The notes: generated by a model from the letters alone, not told the origin. A stretch of 64,000 nt of DNA from a bacterium (GCA_963663405.2 CAXXSM010000016.1:1-64000), one strand, 5' to 3'. Positions 1 to 13,460 are shown, numbered from the stretch's first letter. Numbers and translations: made by a program.

Positions 1-2
1 AT

Positions 3-203
3 GGTCATGCAAGGCTTGAACGAATCAGCGATCGATCGACAGCGCTTGATATTAAAAGCTTGAATCGAAACATCTTCGGTCAAGATGAAACATGTAAGGT
101 TTTCTCACCCGATGGAAAGACAATCGGGTATGGAGTCGGAGGCGACGCTTATTTAATTGACATTTCGGATCTTACATCAAGCGTGGATTGGACGCTGCAT
201 TAG
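3..203 (+). CDS. 3' end of a WD40/beta-propeller-like protein with a C-terminal W-x-L-H tail (partial, runs off window start)
   Basis: Manually translated open frame 3-203: ...KVFSPDGKTIGYGVGGDAYLIDISDLTSSVDWTLH*; FSPDG is a typical WD40/TolB blade motif. Confidence 0.65.
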   Translation, partial: GHARLERISDRSTALDIKSLNRNIFGQDETCKVFSPDGKTIGYGVGGDAYLIDISDLTSSVDWTLH

Positions 204-205
204 TT

Positions 206-336
206 TTTGTCAGAATCGGGATAGGCAGGATTAAAGGATATTCAGGATAGGAATTATTGAAGTGGAATCATTCATCGAAATTGGATAGAATAATCCTGGT
301 CATCCTAATCATCTTGACCATCCTGATTCAGACAAA
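206..336. repeat. Inverted pair of TTGTC(T/A)GAATC-(GGAT-N5)n elements
   Basis: ttgtcagaatcgggataggcaggattaaaggatattcaggat at 207-249; reverse copy taatcctggtcatcctaatcatcttgaccatcctgattcagacaaa at 291-336. Confidence 0.85.
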
Positions 337-409
337 GAGAATCTTAACAAATCATGTGTCGTAATATCATTTTTTAATGCCCATAGTGGTAAGCAGGATC
401 AATCATACT

Positions 410-1314
410 ATGAAAAAGATTTATGTTGTCGGCAGTTCCAATACGGATATGGTCGTACGTTGTGACCGGCTTCCTAAGCCGGGGGAAACGGTATTAGGAG
501 GGAGATTCATCATCGTTCGTGGGGGAAAGGGGCGAATCAGGCGGTGGCCGCCGCGCGGCTGGGTGGAGATGTGACGTTCCTCTGCCGTGTGGGGAATGAC
601 ACGTTTGGAAAAGAATCCCTGGCAGCTTACAAACGGGAGGGTATCAATACAGAGCCGATCATCGTCGATGGAAGCGCCCCGTCCGGCGTGGCCCTGATCG
701 TAGTCGATAAAAAAGGGGAGAACTATATCACGGTCGCGCCTGGTGTGAACGCGAATGTCTCTCCAGACGATCTAAAATGGCTGGAGAATGTTCTAGAGCC
801 GGGCGACGCGGTAATGCTGCAGTTGGAGATCCCCCTCAAAACCGTTGAACGAGCGGCTGCAATCGGCCGTGAGAAAGGCGCGCTCGTTGTCCTCGATCCC
901 GCCCCCGCGCCGGATGACGGTCTCCCGGACAGTCTCTATTCCAACCTCGATTTCATTCTCCCCAACGAGAGTGAAGCGGCCGCGTTGGTAGGCACAAAAA
1001 CGATCCCGGAAATGATGGCTCAATCCATCAAACAAAAAGGCGTTAAAAACGCGATCGTCACGGCCGGCTCGAAGGGCTGTGTATTGGTCAATTCGGCGGG
1101 AATCAGACGGTTCGACGCCTGTCCCGTCAAATCGGCGGACAGCACCGCCGCTGGAGACGCGTTCGCCGGCGGTTTGGTCATCGCCCTGGTTGGAGGCGCC
1201 GGCGTCAACGACGCCATCAAATTCGCGCAACAATCCGCCGCCATCTCCGTCACCCGCATGGGCGCCCAAACCTCTCTCCCCACCCGCGAAGAAGTTGAAA
1301 AACGATTTGGATAA
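410..1314 (+). CDS. rbsK: Ribokinase (PfkB family), one frameshift near 520-535
   Basis: MKKIYVVGSSNTDMV..PKPGETVLG..GGKG | ANQAVAAARLG; PNESEA; DSTAAGDAF PfkB signature. Confidence 0.92.
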
Positions 1315-1319
1315 TAGAA

Positions 1320-1338
1320 CGCGGGCGTCCCGCCCGTG
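1320..1338. repeat. REP-like short palindrome (family shared with 17771-17790)
   Basis: cgcgggcg-tcc-cgcccgtg preceded by GAA, directly after the rbsK stop. Confidence 0.6.
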
Positions 1339-1426
1339 AATAAATCCATTTATGAACTTGTGATCCTTATCACAATTATCTAACTTCAGACGAAATAAGG
1401 GAAAAGAAAAAAGGAAGGAAAAGAAA

Positions 1427-1498
1427 CGACCCCACGGGGATTCGAACCCCGGTTTTCAAGATGAGAGCCTGATGTCCTTACCCCTAGACGATGGGGTC
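1427..1498 (-). tRNA. tRNA-Glu (anticodon CTC), CCA not encoded
   Basis: Reverse complement GACCCCATCGTCTAGGGGTAAGGACATCAGGCT-CTC-ATCTTGAAAACCGGGGTTCGAATCCCCGTGGGGTCG: acceptor stem, D arm, anticodon arm, GGTTCGAATCC T-loop. Confidence 0.97.
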
Positions 1499-1598
1499 TC
1501 ATTGAGAAAAAAATATATCTCGTTCCCGATCGGATGTCAAGCATCAAATCGAGCGGAATGAAACAACGTCGAAAGTGAATTTAATTCAGATCCACGAA

Positions 1599-3032
1599 TT
1601 AAAACAATTCCCAATCCACGATAGCGACAACCGGTTCTTCATAATCGAGTTGATCGGCGGTGAGAGCGCCGCTGGAAATACGAAGGCGGTCTAGACTGCC
1701 GATATACGCGCTTCGGCCATCCCATTCCCCACCAATATGGATCAGATACGTGTCTTTCGCGGTCAGAATTCCCAACGCGTATTCTTCCTCATACGCCAAC
1801 GCGCCGTCAATATAAATCTGCACTAGGAAGTTATCTTCATCATAGACGGCGGCGATGTGATGCCATTCGCCATCGACGGGGAAGGCGCCATCCGGGGTCG
1901 TCACGGAGACATCGGTTCCGTTGTCAATTTGGTAAAATGTCATGCTGACCGCCCCTGTGGCTCGGTTAAGAGTGATACCGTATCCCCCTGAATCCGTTGG
2001 GGCTGTTTGTGAACCGCCGTACCGGAACAAGATCGCGCTGTCCTCTGCGAATGCGCCTGGTTTCGCCCAAATCTCCGTTGTGAAACTCTGATCTTGGAAA
2101 TTGAGCGTTTCATTGGGATCATTTACAATCGCATGGTCTCCCTGCGCGAATTCCAACGCATATCCCGATCCAGATGGAGTATCTTCGATATAATCCGGCG
2201 CCTGCATCAACGCGAACCAAACAGTTCCCGCGTAGGCGATCAATCCACCCGCTGTATCGGTGTATTCCGGACCGGATTCTTCATCAAAGGGGAAATAAAC
2301 AATCGTGTCAGCGGTCACGGGTTTTGGATTCGCGGCGTCGGAGTCCAATTGCGATGGATCAAGAAGCCCACTCGTCACACGAAAGCGGTCAATCTTACCC
2401 GGCAGAGGGCGGCTCGCGCCGTCTTCCGTCCCTAGCCAAAGGATGTTGGTGTTTGTTTGGATCATCGCGCGGGTTTCCGCCATATAGGTAAATTCCTCAC
2501 CATCTAAATAAAACGTCACCCCGGCGCCGGCTTCGTAGAGGAACCCAAGGTGATGCCAATTTCCATCCGGTGAGAGATGAATTTGGGGAAACATATCTAC
2601 TACACCAAAGAGAGTGAACTTAACACTGTCATTTTGGAATCCGATACCCCAACCGGTTCCGTGCCGCCCATAGTAAATCGTTCCCAGCCAGCTCAGTCCG
2701 TTCAAATCTTCATCGATTTTCAACCATAATTCAGCGGTGAAATTCTGCCCCGCCAAGTCGAGTAACGTCTCCGCGGAATCATCCGCCACAACAGGACCTC
2801 CGACAATATCCAGCGCCAAATCTCCCGCGGCGCCGGAGGGAGAATCTGAAACGGGCACAGGATCCGTTTCCGTCGAGACCGCGAATCCCACCTTTCCATC
2901 CATTCCATTTCCGCTGCTGTCCAGCAGGACGGAACCAGGCGTGTCAAATTCCCAAAATCCAAGGGTTTGCGCGCCCGCCCCTGAAGCCATCAGCACAATC
3001 AACGAAATTGAAATACAAAGAATCCTCTTCAT
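1599..3032 (-). CDS. Exported protein with two LamG/concanavalin-A-like jellyroll domains and a C-terminal VDWELF tail
   Basis: Signal peptide (..ASGAGAQ); two repeats of FT.E.W.K...WHH....Y.....YxDG..G.(I/L)DR.R(V/I)(T/S)SG.L. Confidence 0.85.
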   Translation of the reverse strand: MKRILCISISLIVLMASGAGAQTLGFWEFDTPGSVLLDSSGNGMDGKVGFAVSTETDPVPVSDSPSGAAGDLALDIVGGPVVADDSAETLLDLAGQNFTAELWLKIDEDLNGLSWLGTIYYGRHGTGWGIGFQNDSVKFTLFGVVDMFPQIHLSPDGNWHHLGFLYEAGAGVTFYLDGEEFTYMAETRAMIQTNTNILWLGTEDGASRPLPGKIDRFRVTSGLLDPSQLDSDAANPKPVTADTIVYFPFDEESGPEYTDTAGGLIAYAGTVWFALMQAPDYIEDTPSGSGYALEFAQGDHAIVNDPNETLNFQDQSFTTEIWAKPGAFAEDSAILFRYGGSQTAPTDSGGYGITLNRATGAVSMTFYQIDNGTDVSVTTPDGAFPVDGEWHHIAAVYDEDNFLVQIYIDGALAYEEEYALGILTAKDTYLIHIGGEWDGRSAYIGSLDRLRISSGALTADQLDYEEPVVAIVDWELF

Positions 3033-3167
3033 TTTCTAACCTCCTCACAATATGAAATAAAAAAATATAGAAATACCAATATATTTTTCTTATCATACAA
3101 AAAAGAAAAAATCTAGAGAGATAATTGATTCATTTATTATTTATATTGCGAAATAGAAAAAAGAAGA

Positions 3168-4079
3168 TCAATTCGAGCGGGTTACTTCATATGGGCTTCG
3201 GGTCATGACCGCGTCGTAGAGTTCGACGCCGAGAGAATTGGCGATGACATCGCATTTGGCTTTCAAGAGAAAGTAGATGTTCTCACTGCGGTGAGACAGC
3301 GTTTCGTAATTCGCCTGTCCTTTGGATAGAATGATATCCGCCGCATGATAGATGGCGAGAAATTCGGGGGGCGCGCTGGAAAGAACCGTTCCCAACTCGC
3401 CCGATCCATTATCGATGACCGGAACTACGCTGTCTAATTCTACGGTTCGGGCGTCTTCAAGCGTCGCGTCGTTCAAAACCGGTTTTTGGTTGACGACGGC
3501 CGTAATTTTTAGATGAGAGAATTGGCGTTTCAGTTCTTCGATAAAGAGCCGGTCAAAGGCGATTTCTCCCGCGTTGTCGCAGAGATAGAGCATTTTGATT
3601 GTTTGTTTTTTCTTTTTATTATTCAGTTCACGTATAAAATCTTCGAATTGATCCCGTTTAAATCCCTCTTTCATTACTTTTTCGATCGTCGAATGGATAT
3701 CAAAACTATCCTGGATGCCTAAATCGATAATATTCCCGCACGCGGCCAGCTGGCACGCAAGATAAAGTGGATTCTCACTGGAAGCGATGCGCTCTTTCAT
3801 TTCGGGATAAAGTTTCATCCCTAGCGCGTTGGTCTGTTTTTTCAGTTCAATAAATGGATCGTCCTGTCCCGCGCATTGTTCGGCGGCGCGAATAGCGATC
3901 AGGGACAGTTCGGCGGGAGTGAGAGAGGGATCAGCGTTCTCGATCTTCTCGTTTACTATTTCTTTCAGTTGATCTTCCCGTTCATCGGGACCGTTTTTCC
4001 CTAGCGCGTCCAGGGCTAGGTTGAATACGCGAACGCCCTGCCGTTTGGCGCAATCAATACAAGGATGCTGGTATCTCAT
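3168..4079 (-). CDS. DUF89/ARMT1-like damage-control phosphatase
   Basis: N-terminal CxxC (CIDC), GNIID, DNAGE, NDAT, KGQANYETL, KAKC motifs. Confidence 0.9.
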   Translation of the reverse strand: MRYQHPCIDCAKRQGVRVFNLALDALGKNGPDEREDQLKEIVNEKIENADPSLTPAELSLIAIRAAEQCAGQDDPFIELKKQTNALGMKLYPEMKERIASSENPLYLACQLAACGNIIDLGIQDSFDIHSTIEKVMKEGFKRDQFEDFIRELNNKKKKQTIKMLYLCDNAGEIAFDRLFIEELKRQFSHLKITAVVNQKPVLNDATLEDARTVELDSVVPVIDNGSGELGTVLSSAPPEFLAIYHAADIILSKGQANYETLSHRSENIYFLLKAKCDVIANSLGVELYDAVMTRSPYEVTRSN

Positions 4080-4326
4080 AATCAGTTTATTGTCCTTTAA
4101 TATAAGTTCCGGGGAGCCGGTCAATTGCTCTTTTAACAAGCGCTCCATAAAGTGTATCCGCTGAAACCGGGAAACCTGACCAGGAAGAAACTTTTCCCTC
4201 TCTTTTTTGAAGCATATCGACATCGTAACTGGACTTGTTCTCCGGTTCTGCGCCGGTATCATATGGAGAGGCAATCATCAGCTGAATCATTTAAGATATT
4301 GAATATCAAATGTGGTGAAAATAATA

Positions 4327-4812
4327 ATGACGGAACAATCTGTATCCACGCAAGAAACCGCCGCCGTTGGGAAAAAAGAAGAAAAGAAAAATTTGTACGA
4401 AATAGAAATCTCTCGTTTTCAGGACGTGCTTGAAAAAGATCAAAAGTACGCGTACGACCGGTATGGATTTACACTATTGTACAGCCTTCCCACCGATCAG
4501 ACGTTTAAAATCATGAAAGAGATGGGTTGGGAAGGAAAAGACGCGCTGGACCACTATAATTTAGGTGTGATCGCCTGTCAGGATGAGGAATATAAAGAAG
4601 CGCTCAAGCATTTTGAGAAAGCCGAATCGATGAATTGTGAGCAGCCGGAACTGTTCTACAACATCGCCGCGATCAAAGAAGAAAACGGCGAAAAAAGCAA
4701 GGCCAAAGAGTATTATCAAAAATACATCGACGTTGTCGAAAAATGGGATCACATTCCAAAAAACCTGCAAAAAGAACTCGACGAAGTCCGCGAACATATC
4801 AAGACACTATAA
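4327..4812 (+). CDS. Tetratricopeptide-repeat protein
   Basis: HYNLGVIA..EEYKEALKHFEKA, LFYNIAAI..KAKEYYQKYI TPR patterns. Confidence 0.75.
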   Translation: MTEQSVSTQETAAVGKKEEKKNLYEIEISRFQDVLEKDQKYAYDRYGFTLLYSLPTDQTFKIMKEMGWEGKDALDHYNLGVIACQDEEYKEALKHFEKAESMNCEQPELFYNIAAIKEENGEKSKAKEYYQKYIDVVEKWDHIPKNLQKELDEVREHIKTL

Positions 4813-4851
4813 GGCCGCATCATACTTTAACTTCCCTGATTATTTCCTGTG

Positions 4852-6117
4852 TTAGATCATTCTTTCACGGGAGGCGCTTCCCGTAGGGATTCTTGCGCGG
4901 AATTCTCCCAACCAAGGCCAGAGTGTCCGTTTCGTCAAGTCGATTGTTGTAATCGCCAAAGTCCCATTTTCCGTCGCGTCCGCCAGGATTTTGCCTTCCC
5001 GGTCCCATATCCCTGTTCGGGCGTCGAAACTGGAGGTGACGAGGTATACTTGATTCTCAATCGCTCGCGCGGCGAACAATGGTTCGACGCCTCCCCAAAT
5101 CGGCAATAAAATAATTTCTGCGCCCCCCCGCGCCAATACCCGCGCTGGTTCGGGAAAATGAACGTCCCAACAGATCATCATTCCCACTTTGCCGAAATCC
5201 GTCTCGAAGACAGGAAACGAATCGCCCGGGGTGATGCCTCCCTCGATCTCCTCACGAGGCAGCGCCACTTTCCGGTACACACCGATCAACTCTCCCTCCC
5301 GGCCCATTAGCACAGCGGTGTTGTAGACCGTATCTCCTTCTTTTTCATAGATCCCCGCAACGACGTACAGGGAACAATCTTTCGCGGCGGCGCCTAGTCG
5401 TTGAGTTGTTGGGCCGGGAACCGGTTCGGCTACATCAATGTATTTTTTACCCGTATTTACGACAGTAATCCCTTCCGGTAGACAGACGAGATCCGCCCCC
5501 TGTTTTCCCGCTTCTTCGATGAATTTGACATAGTGGTCAAGATTCTGTTCCGTCGTAGAACGGTTTTTCGGACGAAAGTTGACCGCCGCAAGAGTAACCG
5601 TCCGGGATTCCGGCGCTTCACAAGGCGCGAGAGTAACATTCTTCCAGCAAACGGAACCTGTCTTTGTCCACCGTAGAATCAACTCCACTACGGCGGATTC
5701 GGCCCCTTCTGGAGCGGGGTAGACACCCTCGATGAGGTTCCATCCACTAACGATTTTTTCAAGCGTTGCTGGATATTCCGGCCAAGAGATCCGCTTGCCG
5801 TCCGCGTCTTTCCAATCCACCTTGACGAGAATTGACCGCCGGGGCAATTCGATATCCCGCGCGCGATATTCCGCATGGATTTGATAGTACTGTCCAGTTT
5901 TCACGGCATAGGTTTTTCGCCAAGCGCCGTTACAGCGGAATTCACCCGAACTGGCAGCGGTTAATTCTTCTGCGGTTTTCTCCATCACAGGCGCCAGAGC
6001 AGGACGCTGTGAATATGAATTCCAATCCTGTGGATTCCAAGAACTAGAGTGGGCGAAGATGGAAAATGACAAGAATACAAAGGTTGTTAGAATTGGGGAA
6101 AGGATCGTTTTATTCAT
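4852..6117 (-). CDS. Exported carbon-nitrogen hydrolase (nitrilase superfamily) with N-terminal beta-sandwich domain
   Basis: LVCLPE, YRKVAL, MICWD catalytic E-K-C triad; signal peptide. Confidence 0.88.
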   Translation of the reverse strand: MNKTILSPILTTFVFLSFSIFAHSSSWNPQDWNSYSQRPALAPVMEKTAEELTAASSGEFRCNGAWRKTYAVKTGQYYQIHAEYRARDIELPRRSILVKVDWKDADGKRISWPEYPATLEKIVSGWNLIEGVYPAPEGAESAVVELILRWTKTGSVCWKNVTLAPCEAPESRTVTLAAVNFRPKNRSTTEQNLDHYVKFIEEAGKQGADLVCLPEGITVVNTGKKYIDVAEPVPGPTTQRLGAAAKDCSLYVVAGIYEKEGDTVYNTAVLMGREGELIGVYRKVALPREEIEGGITPGDSFPVFETDFGKVGMMICWDVHFPEPARVLARGGAEIILLPIWGGVEPLFAARAIENQVYLVTSSFDARTGIWDREGKILADATENGTLAITTIDLTKRTLWPWLGEFRARIPTGSASRERMI

Positions 6118-6139
6118 CTTTTCTCTCCCGGAAAAGATT

Positions 6140-8237
6140 TTAATATGGACTCGAATTCCCATAGGGATCCGAGCTGCTGTCTGAATTTGATTCACCATAC
6201 GGATCGGAACTGGTTGTCAGGAGGAATTGATTGTCTGGATTCCGGGTTTCACCGACACTGGTGACATAAATCCCAGGTTCGTCTTTGATGGGGCAGACGT
6301 GCATGCAGATCCCACAGCCCACGCACAAATCAGGATCGACTTTCGGCTGTTTGACGACGATCGTTTCGCCGCTGTGCCGCAAGACTTCCACTTCTTCGAA
6401 CCAGATCGCTTTTTCCGGGGTGGGACAGTGTTCCTCACAAACGATGCACTCGCGGGAAAACGTATAGGGAATACAGCGGTTTTTATCAAAAAACGCCTGC
6501 CCGATCTTTTGGGCGCGTTTTTCCGGCAATGTCAGTTCGCGGATCGCGCCGGTGGGACAGACTTGTGTACAGAGGGTGCATTCGTATTCGCAGTTTCCCA
6601 CTTTCATTTTCAACACCGGCGTCCACATCCCTTCCAGACCCGCTTCGAACGACGCGGGATGGATGGCGTTCGTGGGGCAGACTTTCATACATTCCCCACA
6701 CCGGACGCACTTCGCTAAAAACTCCTCTTCACTCAACGAACCGGGCGGGCGGATCAATGCGGGATTATATGTGTTCCCGGACGACTGCGGGTGAATGCGG
6801 AAGATGAGTCCTCCACTCAATCCCACGAGTCCCGCGCCCATGATTTTCCGGCGGCCTAAATCGAGTTGTTCCGCTTTTGGGGATAGAAGAAATTCTTGAA
6901 CCAACGGAGAATGGAATCGATCATTTTTTTCTCTCTGGAATATCCGTTTGAAATGAAATCGCATTGACTGGACAAGATGATTTACAGTTCCAGCAATAAA
7001 AACACTCCGCCGGTTTCCATCCGTCTTTCGCATGGGGATCCGCGCCGCCCTGGCAATCGGCGAGACAGAGATTGCATTGAGTGCAGACATTCTCGTCTTG
7101 GATCAACCGCACGGTTGGATTCTTTCCCGTGATTCCTAATAGAGCCCCCAACGGGCAAATATACCGGCACCAAAAACGCGGCCGGAAGAAATTAAGCGCT
7201 ACGATCCCGATAAACAAGAAGCCGATCAATACACCGCTGTGATAAAACGGCTGTTCGACCGCGAGGACATTATTACGTAATGCCGCATAGAGCGGTTCCG
7301 TTATGAGAGTAAGCCGTAAAGGGCCGATTCCTGGATCGGCCTCGTAGACCCATGTACTGAATGCGACCACAGCCCAGTTAAACGCAGGAAAGAGCGCCAC
7401 CGCTAAAGCGCGGTAGAAGAAGGAGAATGGATCGAGCCAACCCACCACGTTGATCCCAATGAGGGCGGCGGCAAGAAAAACGATGAGGATGTAGTATTTC
7501 GATTTATGCCAGGTCGTGTAGCCTCCTCTGTCGATCATCGCTTTCTTCCGTCCCCCGCGCAGGCTTGTGAAGAAATTATGCAGCGCGCCGAAGGGGCAGA
7601 TCCACCCACAGAACCACCGGCCGGTCAACGCAGTCAATACGAGAACAGTAAGAGCGAGCAGCAGCGCTGTGGGGATGGTATGTGACGCGATCCACGTGGT
7701 GATCATCACGAGTGGATCGAGTTCAAAAAATAACTTGACAGGACCGCCGGTTTCACCGATCGCGATATCCCCGGTTTCATCGAGAGAAAGATCGGCTGGA
7801 TGAAAGACCGTCTCTAAAAACAGATAGATAAACAGAACAAAAAACGCCAGTTGAACCAATCGCCGCAACCAGACGACTGGATCGGTTCGTTTCTTAAACG
7901 GGGAGACGATTGTTTTTACCAAACCCGCGAACACGCCGCTTATTTTCGAGACACGTGGTGATGGCGCAACTTCGCGGTCCGGTTCCGGAGGGATGGCGAT
8001 CGTGATCTCTTCCTGCGGGCTCTTTCGAGGAATGGGGAATCCATGAGAGGATTCGCTGCTAGAAACAGTAGAAACCGATGGACTACTCTCATCGGTCTCT
8101 ACCAATTCAATTTCCTCAAGAGAATCCTCTTCACCGGATTCGTCAACCAGCTCAGCCGATTTCTCGACGGACGGCTCCTCAGGACGCGCGCTCTTCTGGG
8201 CTCTTGTCCTCCGGGTTCTTCTTTTATGCTTAGTCAT
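6140..8237 (-). CDS. Membrane polyferredoxin (NapH/MauN-like fused to NapG/MauM-like), frameshift near 6920-6945
   Basis: GRWFCGWICPFG, RFWCRYICPLG, several CxxCxxCxxxCP motifs, LIRPPGS; two overlapping ORFs. Confidence 0.82.
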
Positions 8238-8242
8238 ATTGA

Positions 8243-9200
8243 TTACACGGTAACCATTTTCGGCGTTAGAGATTTGTAATCCATTGTTCCGAGTCCACGG
8301 GACGCCGCTTCTTTAATGTGGCCGATATCTTCCGGTTGGTGACCCAGCAGCGAGGCGCCGAACGCGTCGATCGCGACCTGGTCGGTTCCTGCGGCGACTG
8401 TATCACGGCGTTCGACATCTTTCGGATTGCCGCCGACAGGGCCGTTGCCGGTCAATACACGAATCGCGTCCATCACAATCAGATCGGGTTTGACGAACGA
8501 AGCCAGATCGACAAGCGTATTATCAATATCTTGATGGAACCGGTTACGCGAACCGCCGATGACGCCCATCAGGTTCTTCATGCCCACAACGTCACTTTGC
8601 TGATGCTGTGGTGTTTTTACGATGGGAACATTGATGAACACATCCGCTTCGATCATATCGGTGTAGAGTTCCCATTCTTTGAGCACTTTGCCTTCCAAAG
8701 GCATTGTTTAAAATTTCCGTTTATCAAGGAAATTGACGAGTGGCGCCCGCCATTTTTCGCCGCCACTTGGATGCCGCTCCGGGCGAAAGTGCGTTGTTGG
8801 GGATTGCAGGTGTTGTCGCTCACATAAACCTGTTTTGCGCCCGCGCTGAGACAGAGTTCAATAATCGTGGCGACGACATCGGGATTTGTATTCGCCGCCA
8901 ACGCCGCCGCAACCCGGGTCCCTACCGATATTGGGTTTAAACCCAAACGGTATCTCCCCGTGAGACAAATTTCGAGATTCCACCGATCGCTTCAATGGCT
9001 TTGGTTGTCAGTTGTTTGGCCTCTTCCGGCGAGTCTCCTTACTTCCAGCGGGAGAGGTTTTATACTTCGCGATAGCCATCACGGAGCGCCTTCACGGGCG
9101 CTTTTCCGCTTCCGCGGCAAACGTGGGGGATGCCCGCTGTCAGTCCCGCGCTTGCGTATACGCCAGTTTTTAAAAACATTCTTCGATTCCAATTATACAT
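8243..9200 (-). CDS. DUF362 Fe-S-associated protein with Tat-like signal, several frameshifts
   Basis: Start MYNWNRRMFLK; KPNI, ANTNPDVV, INVPIVK, GMKNLMG, DQVAIDA motifs spread over frames. Confidence 0.75.
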
Positions 9201-9362
9201 TTTTTCTATACCTCAATGTTGGAGTGGATTCAAATCAAATTCTAAATCGAACCTGTTATTAGAATATTAGCCCCATCCGGATCATTATCGAAGATACCGC
9301 GAATTATTTCTGGGTAGGAATCGATACAATCACAATATCCCGGTCGCGGTCTTTCGCGATGG

Positions 9363-10165
9363 TTAGAATTGAACCTTCCCCGGTCCGCCGCGACGCTTTG
9401 CCCACCATAGACGCGGCCCCGCCCAAGGACCTTTTGTGATGGCTCCAACCAGATCGGTTCCGATGACCGGAGCGCCGATATTCTTCGCCGCTTTGGAGAC
9501 CACATTCGCCATCGATTTTCCATGATCCGGCCATTTTTCCTCTTCCGCCGCCCAGCCATAGGGTACGAGAACGAGATCCGGTTGGAGAGCGGCCATGCGG
9601 TTTTAGATTCTCATCCATGAACGTGTCCGCGCAGATCAGGATTCCGATTTTTTCCCACCGGCGTCTCGACGGCGCCGATAGAATCGCCGGGAGTATAGGG
9701 AGGGGTCATCAATTCGGTGAGGATGTTGATCTTCCGGTGTTTGAGGAGAATTCTCCCTTTCGGATCAATCAGAACCGCGGAGTCATGCAGCGCGTCTCCA
9801 TTCTTTTCCGCGAGACCGGCGCAGAGGTATACCCCGTATTGTTTCGCTATAGCGCTCAACCGTTGGGTATCATTCCCAGGAATTGGATAGGCGCGTTGAT
9901 GCGCGTCTGAATTGACCCAGCCGAGGATCGTGGTTTCGGGGGAAACAGACGATTTCCGCGCCGGCGCCGGCCGCTTCTTGAACCCGCGTGTTCGAGTCCG
10001 CGCGAAGTTACCCGACCGGTCGCCATCAAGCGCGAAAATCTGACACATCGCCACATGAATTGTCTTCATTTCTGAATTTGCGGCTCCTTCTGAGTTCCCT
10101 GCAATAATCAATAGGCAAAGGAAATAAAAAATAGAATACTGGGAGAACAGACAAATACTAGTCAT
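9363..10165 (-). CDS. Carbon-nitrogen hydrolase, frameshifted
   Basis: VAMCQI, PET, HRKINIL, ICAD (alternate frame), LVPYGWAA fragments. Confidence 0.75.
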
Positions 10166-10205
10166 GAGTGAAAGCAGGCGGGAAATCGATTTTTGGGCGC
10201 AAGCG

Positions 10206-11840
<1,635 letters not shown>

Positions 11841-11850
<10 letters not shown>

Positions 11851-12948
11851 TCCAGATGCGCGGGGGAATCGAGGGCGGAGACATCGAGTTTGGAACGGGC
11901 CTCCTCCAAGGTAAGGTTTGGGGATGCTGCGATCACGGCGAAGATAATGGAAATAAGTGGGGCGATGATTCGAAAGTGGAGGTTAGATGCAGGCGGGTTG
12001 TGAAATTCTCGTGCGCGAAGGTCAGTTCCCCTCATTTTAACCCGGAAGATTGTTTCCTGTGGAAAGATTGGAAGATCATTGAGGAGAAACCGGACCGTGC
12101 TCCCTGGGGCGATGGATTTCTCCCCAACCGTTGAGATCCACGTAATGTTCGTAATGCGGCGCCGTCATTTGATGGATAATCGCCTGTTGTAACGCTGAAA
12201 GCGCGTCGTTTGTTGTGATAGGGCGCGCGTAGATTTTCGTATACCAATCCTCGGATGTCATCAGCGCTTCCGGAATCGTGAGCCAACTTTCATATGTTGA
12301 GCCATCTTGCACGCCTCCCTGGATTTCAATGGTAGAGACTACATCCTTTGTTGATTCCCACAGATTCACGGTATGAAGATCATCTTTAAGGAACATGGTG
12401 TGATCGGGTGGTTGAGAAGGGGGACGGAATGAGAGGGAGTATTCGTATCCGAAAGGTCCCAAAACCAATTGCCGGATAATTTGGCCAATAAATCAATCGC
12501 GGCGAAGAGAGAATGTCCGGCGAATTCGAGTTTCTTGAATGTAACGGATGGGAATAGGAATCACTGCGGGTGATCTCTGTATTGGCGAGTATCGCGTTTA
12601 AAAATTCCAGTCGTTGTCATCTCTTCGAACAGGCCGCCGGTTATAACATCGAAGATTCGTTCTGGTTCCCCGGACCGCAAAAAGTGATAAGTGGTCATCA
12701 ATGGAATCCAGGCGGCGCTGCGCGATCCATCCTTGGAAACAGAGCGTGTCATTGATCAAGATTTCGAGTTTTCGCCCCCAGCGCAACGGGCAGGAATAGA
12801 TCTTCATTATACAATTCCACCCAACACCGCCGGTCTCCAGCGCCGAATTTGGATTTGATGACACACTTGCGGGGATGGATCGTGAGGGCTGTGTTCTTCT
12901 CTCTTCATCAGAATACAAGCGCACAACGATATCGGGACGGATGGCCAT
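11841..12948 (-). CDS. Orphan phage tail/baseplate-hub-like protein (Mu gp44/P2 gpD-like pattern), multiple frameshifts
   Basis: Reassembled fragments: KLEILINDTLCFQGWI; SLFAAIDLLAKLSGNWFWD..LSFRPP; KDVVSTIEIQGG; IAPGSTVRF..IFRVKM.ELTFAHENFTTRLHLT; KLDVSALDS. Confidence 0.45.
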
Positions 12949-12982
12949 TGTTTCTCTCTCTTCTTTTGTACAAAATCTCTTA

Positions 12983-13460
12983 CTTATTAGAGAAAGGCCG
13001 CATTTTTTAGGGCGATAAACGGTTTTATGATGTGGATGGGGAGAGTTTATTTTGTTTTTTTGTCTGAATCTGGATGGACAGGATTTGCAGGATATTCAGG
13101 ATTGGAATTATATCTATATCACTTTTCATGAAAATCTTTGGTCAGAGTGACCAGGGCAAGCGCTGTCGCTTGCGCAAGAGCATTTACATTTTTCTGTCCT
13201 AGTATCAGGGTGGGTCGCGTCTTTTTGAGGCGCCATTTTATGAATCATTCTTATTAGAGAAAAGACTACATTTTTGTTGTGATAGCGGTTTTGTGATGTG
13301 GATGGGGGAGTGTTTTTTTGTCTGAATCTGGATGGACAGGATTTGCAGGATATTCAGGATTGGAATTATATCTATATCACTTTTCATGAAAATCTTTGGT
13401 CAGAATGCCAGGGCAAGCGCTGTCGCTTGCGCGGGAGTATATACATTTTTCTGTACTAGA
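12983..13460 (+). repeat. ~215-bp imperfect direct repeat (12983-13203 and 13250-13460), each with a GTCTGAATC element and a GCAAGCG-CTGT-CGCTTGC hairpin
   Basis: Core 13055-13146 identical to 13313-13404 (offset 258 bp). Confidence 0.92.

Noticed and set aside
1427-1600. tRNA-Glu as an integration site
   Set aside because: No integrase and no duplicated tRNA 3' end seen in the window
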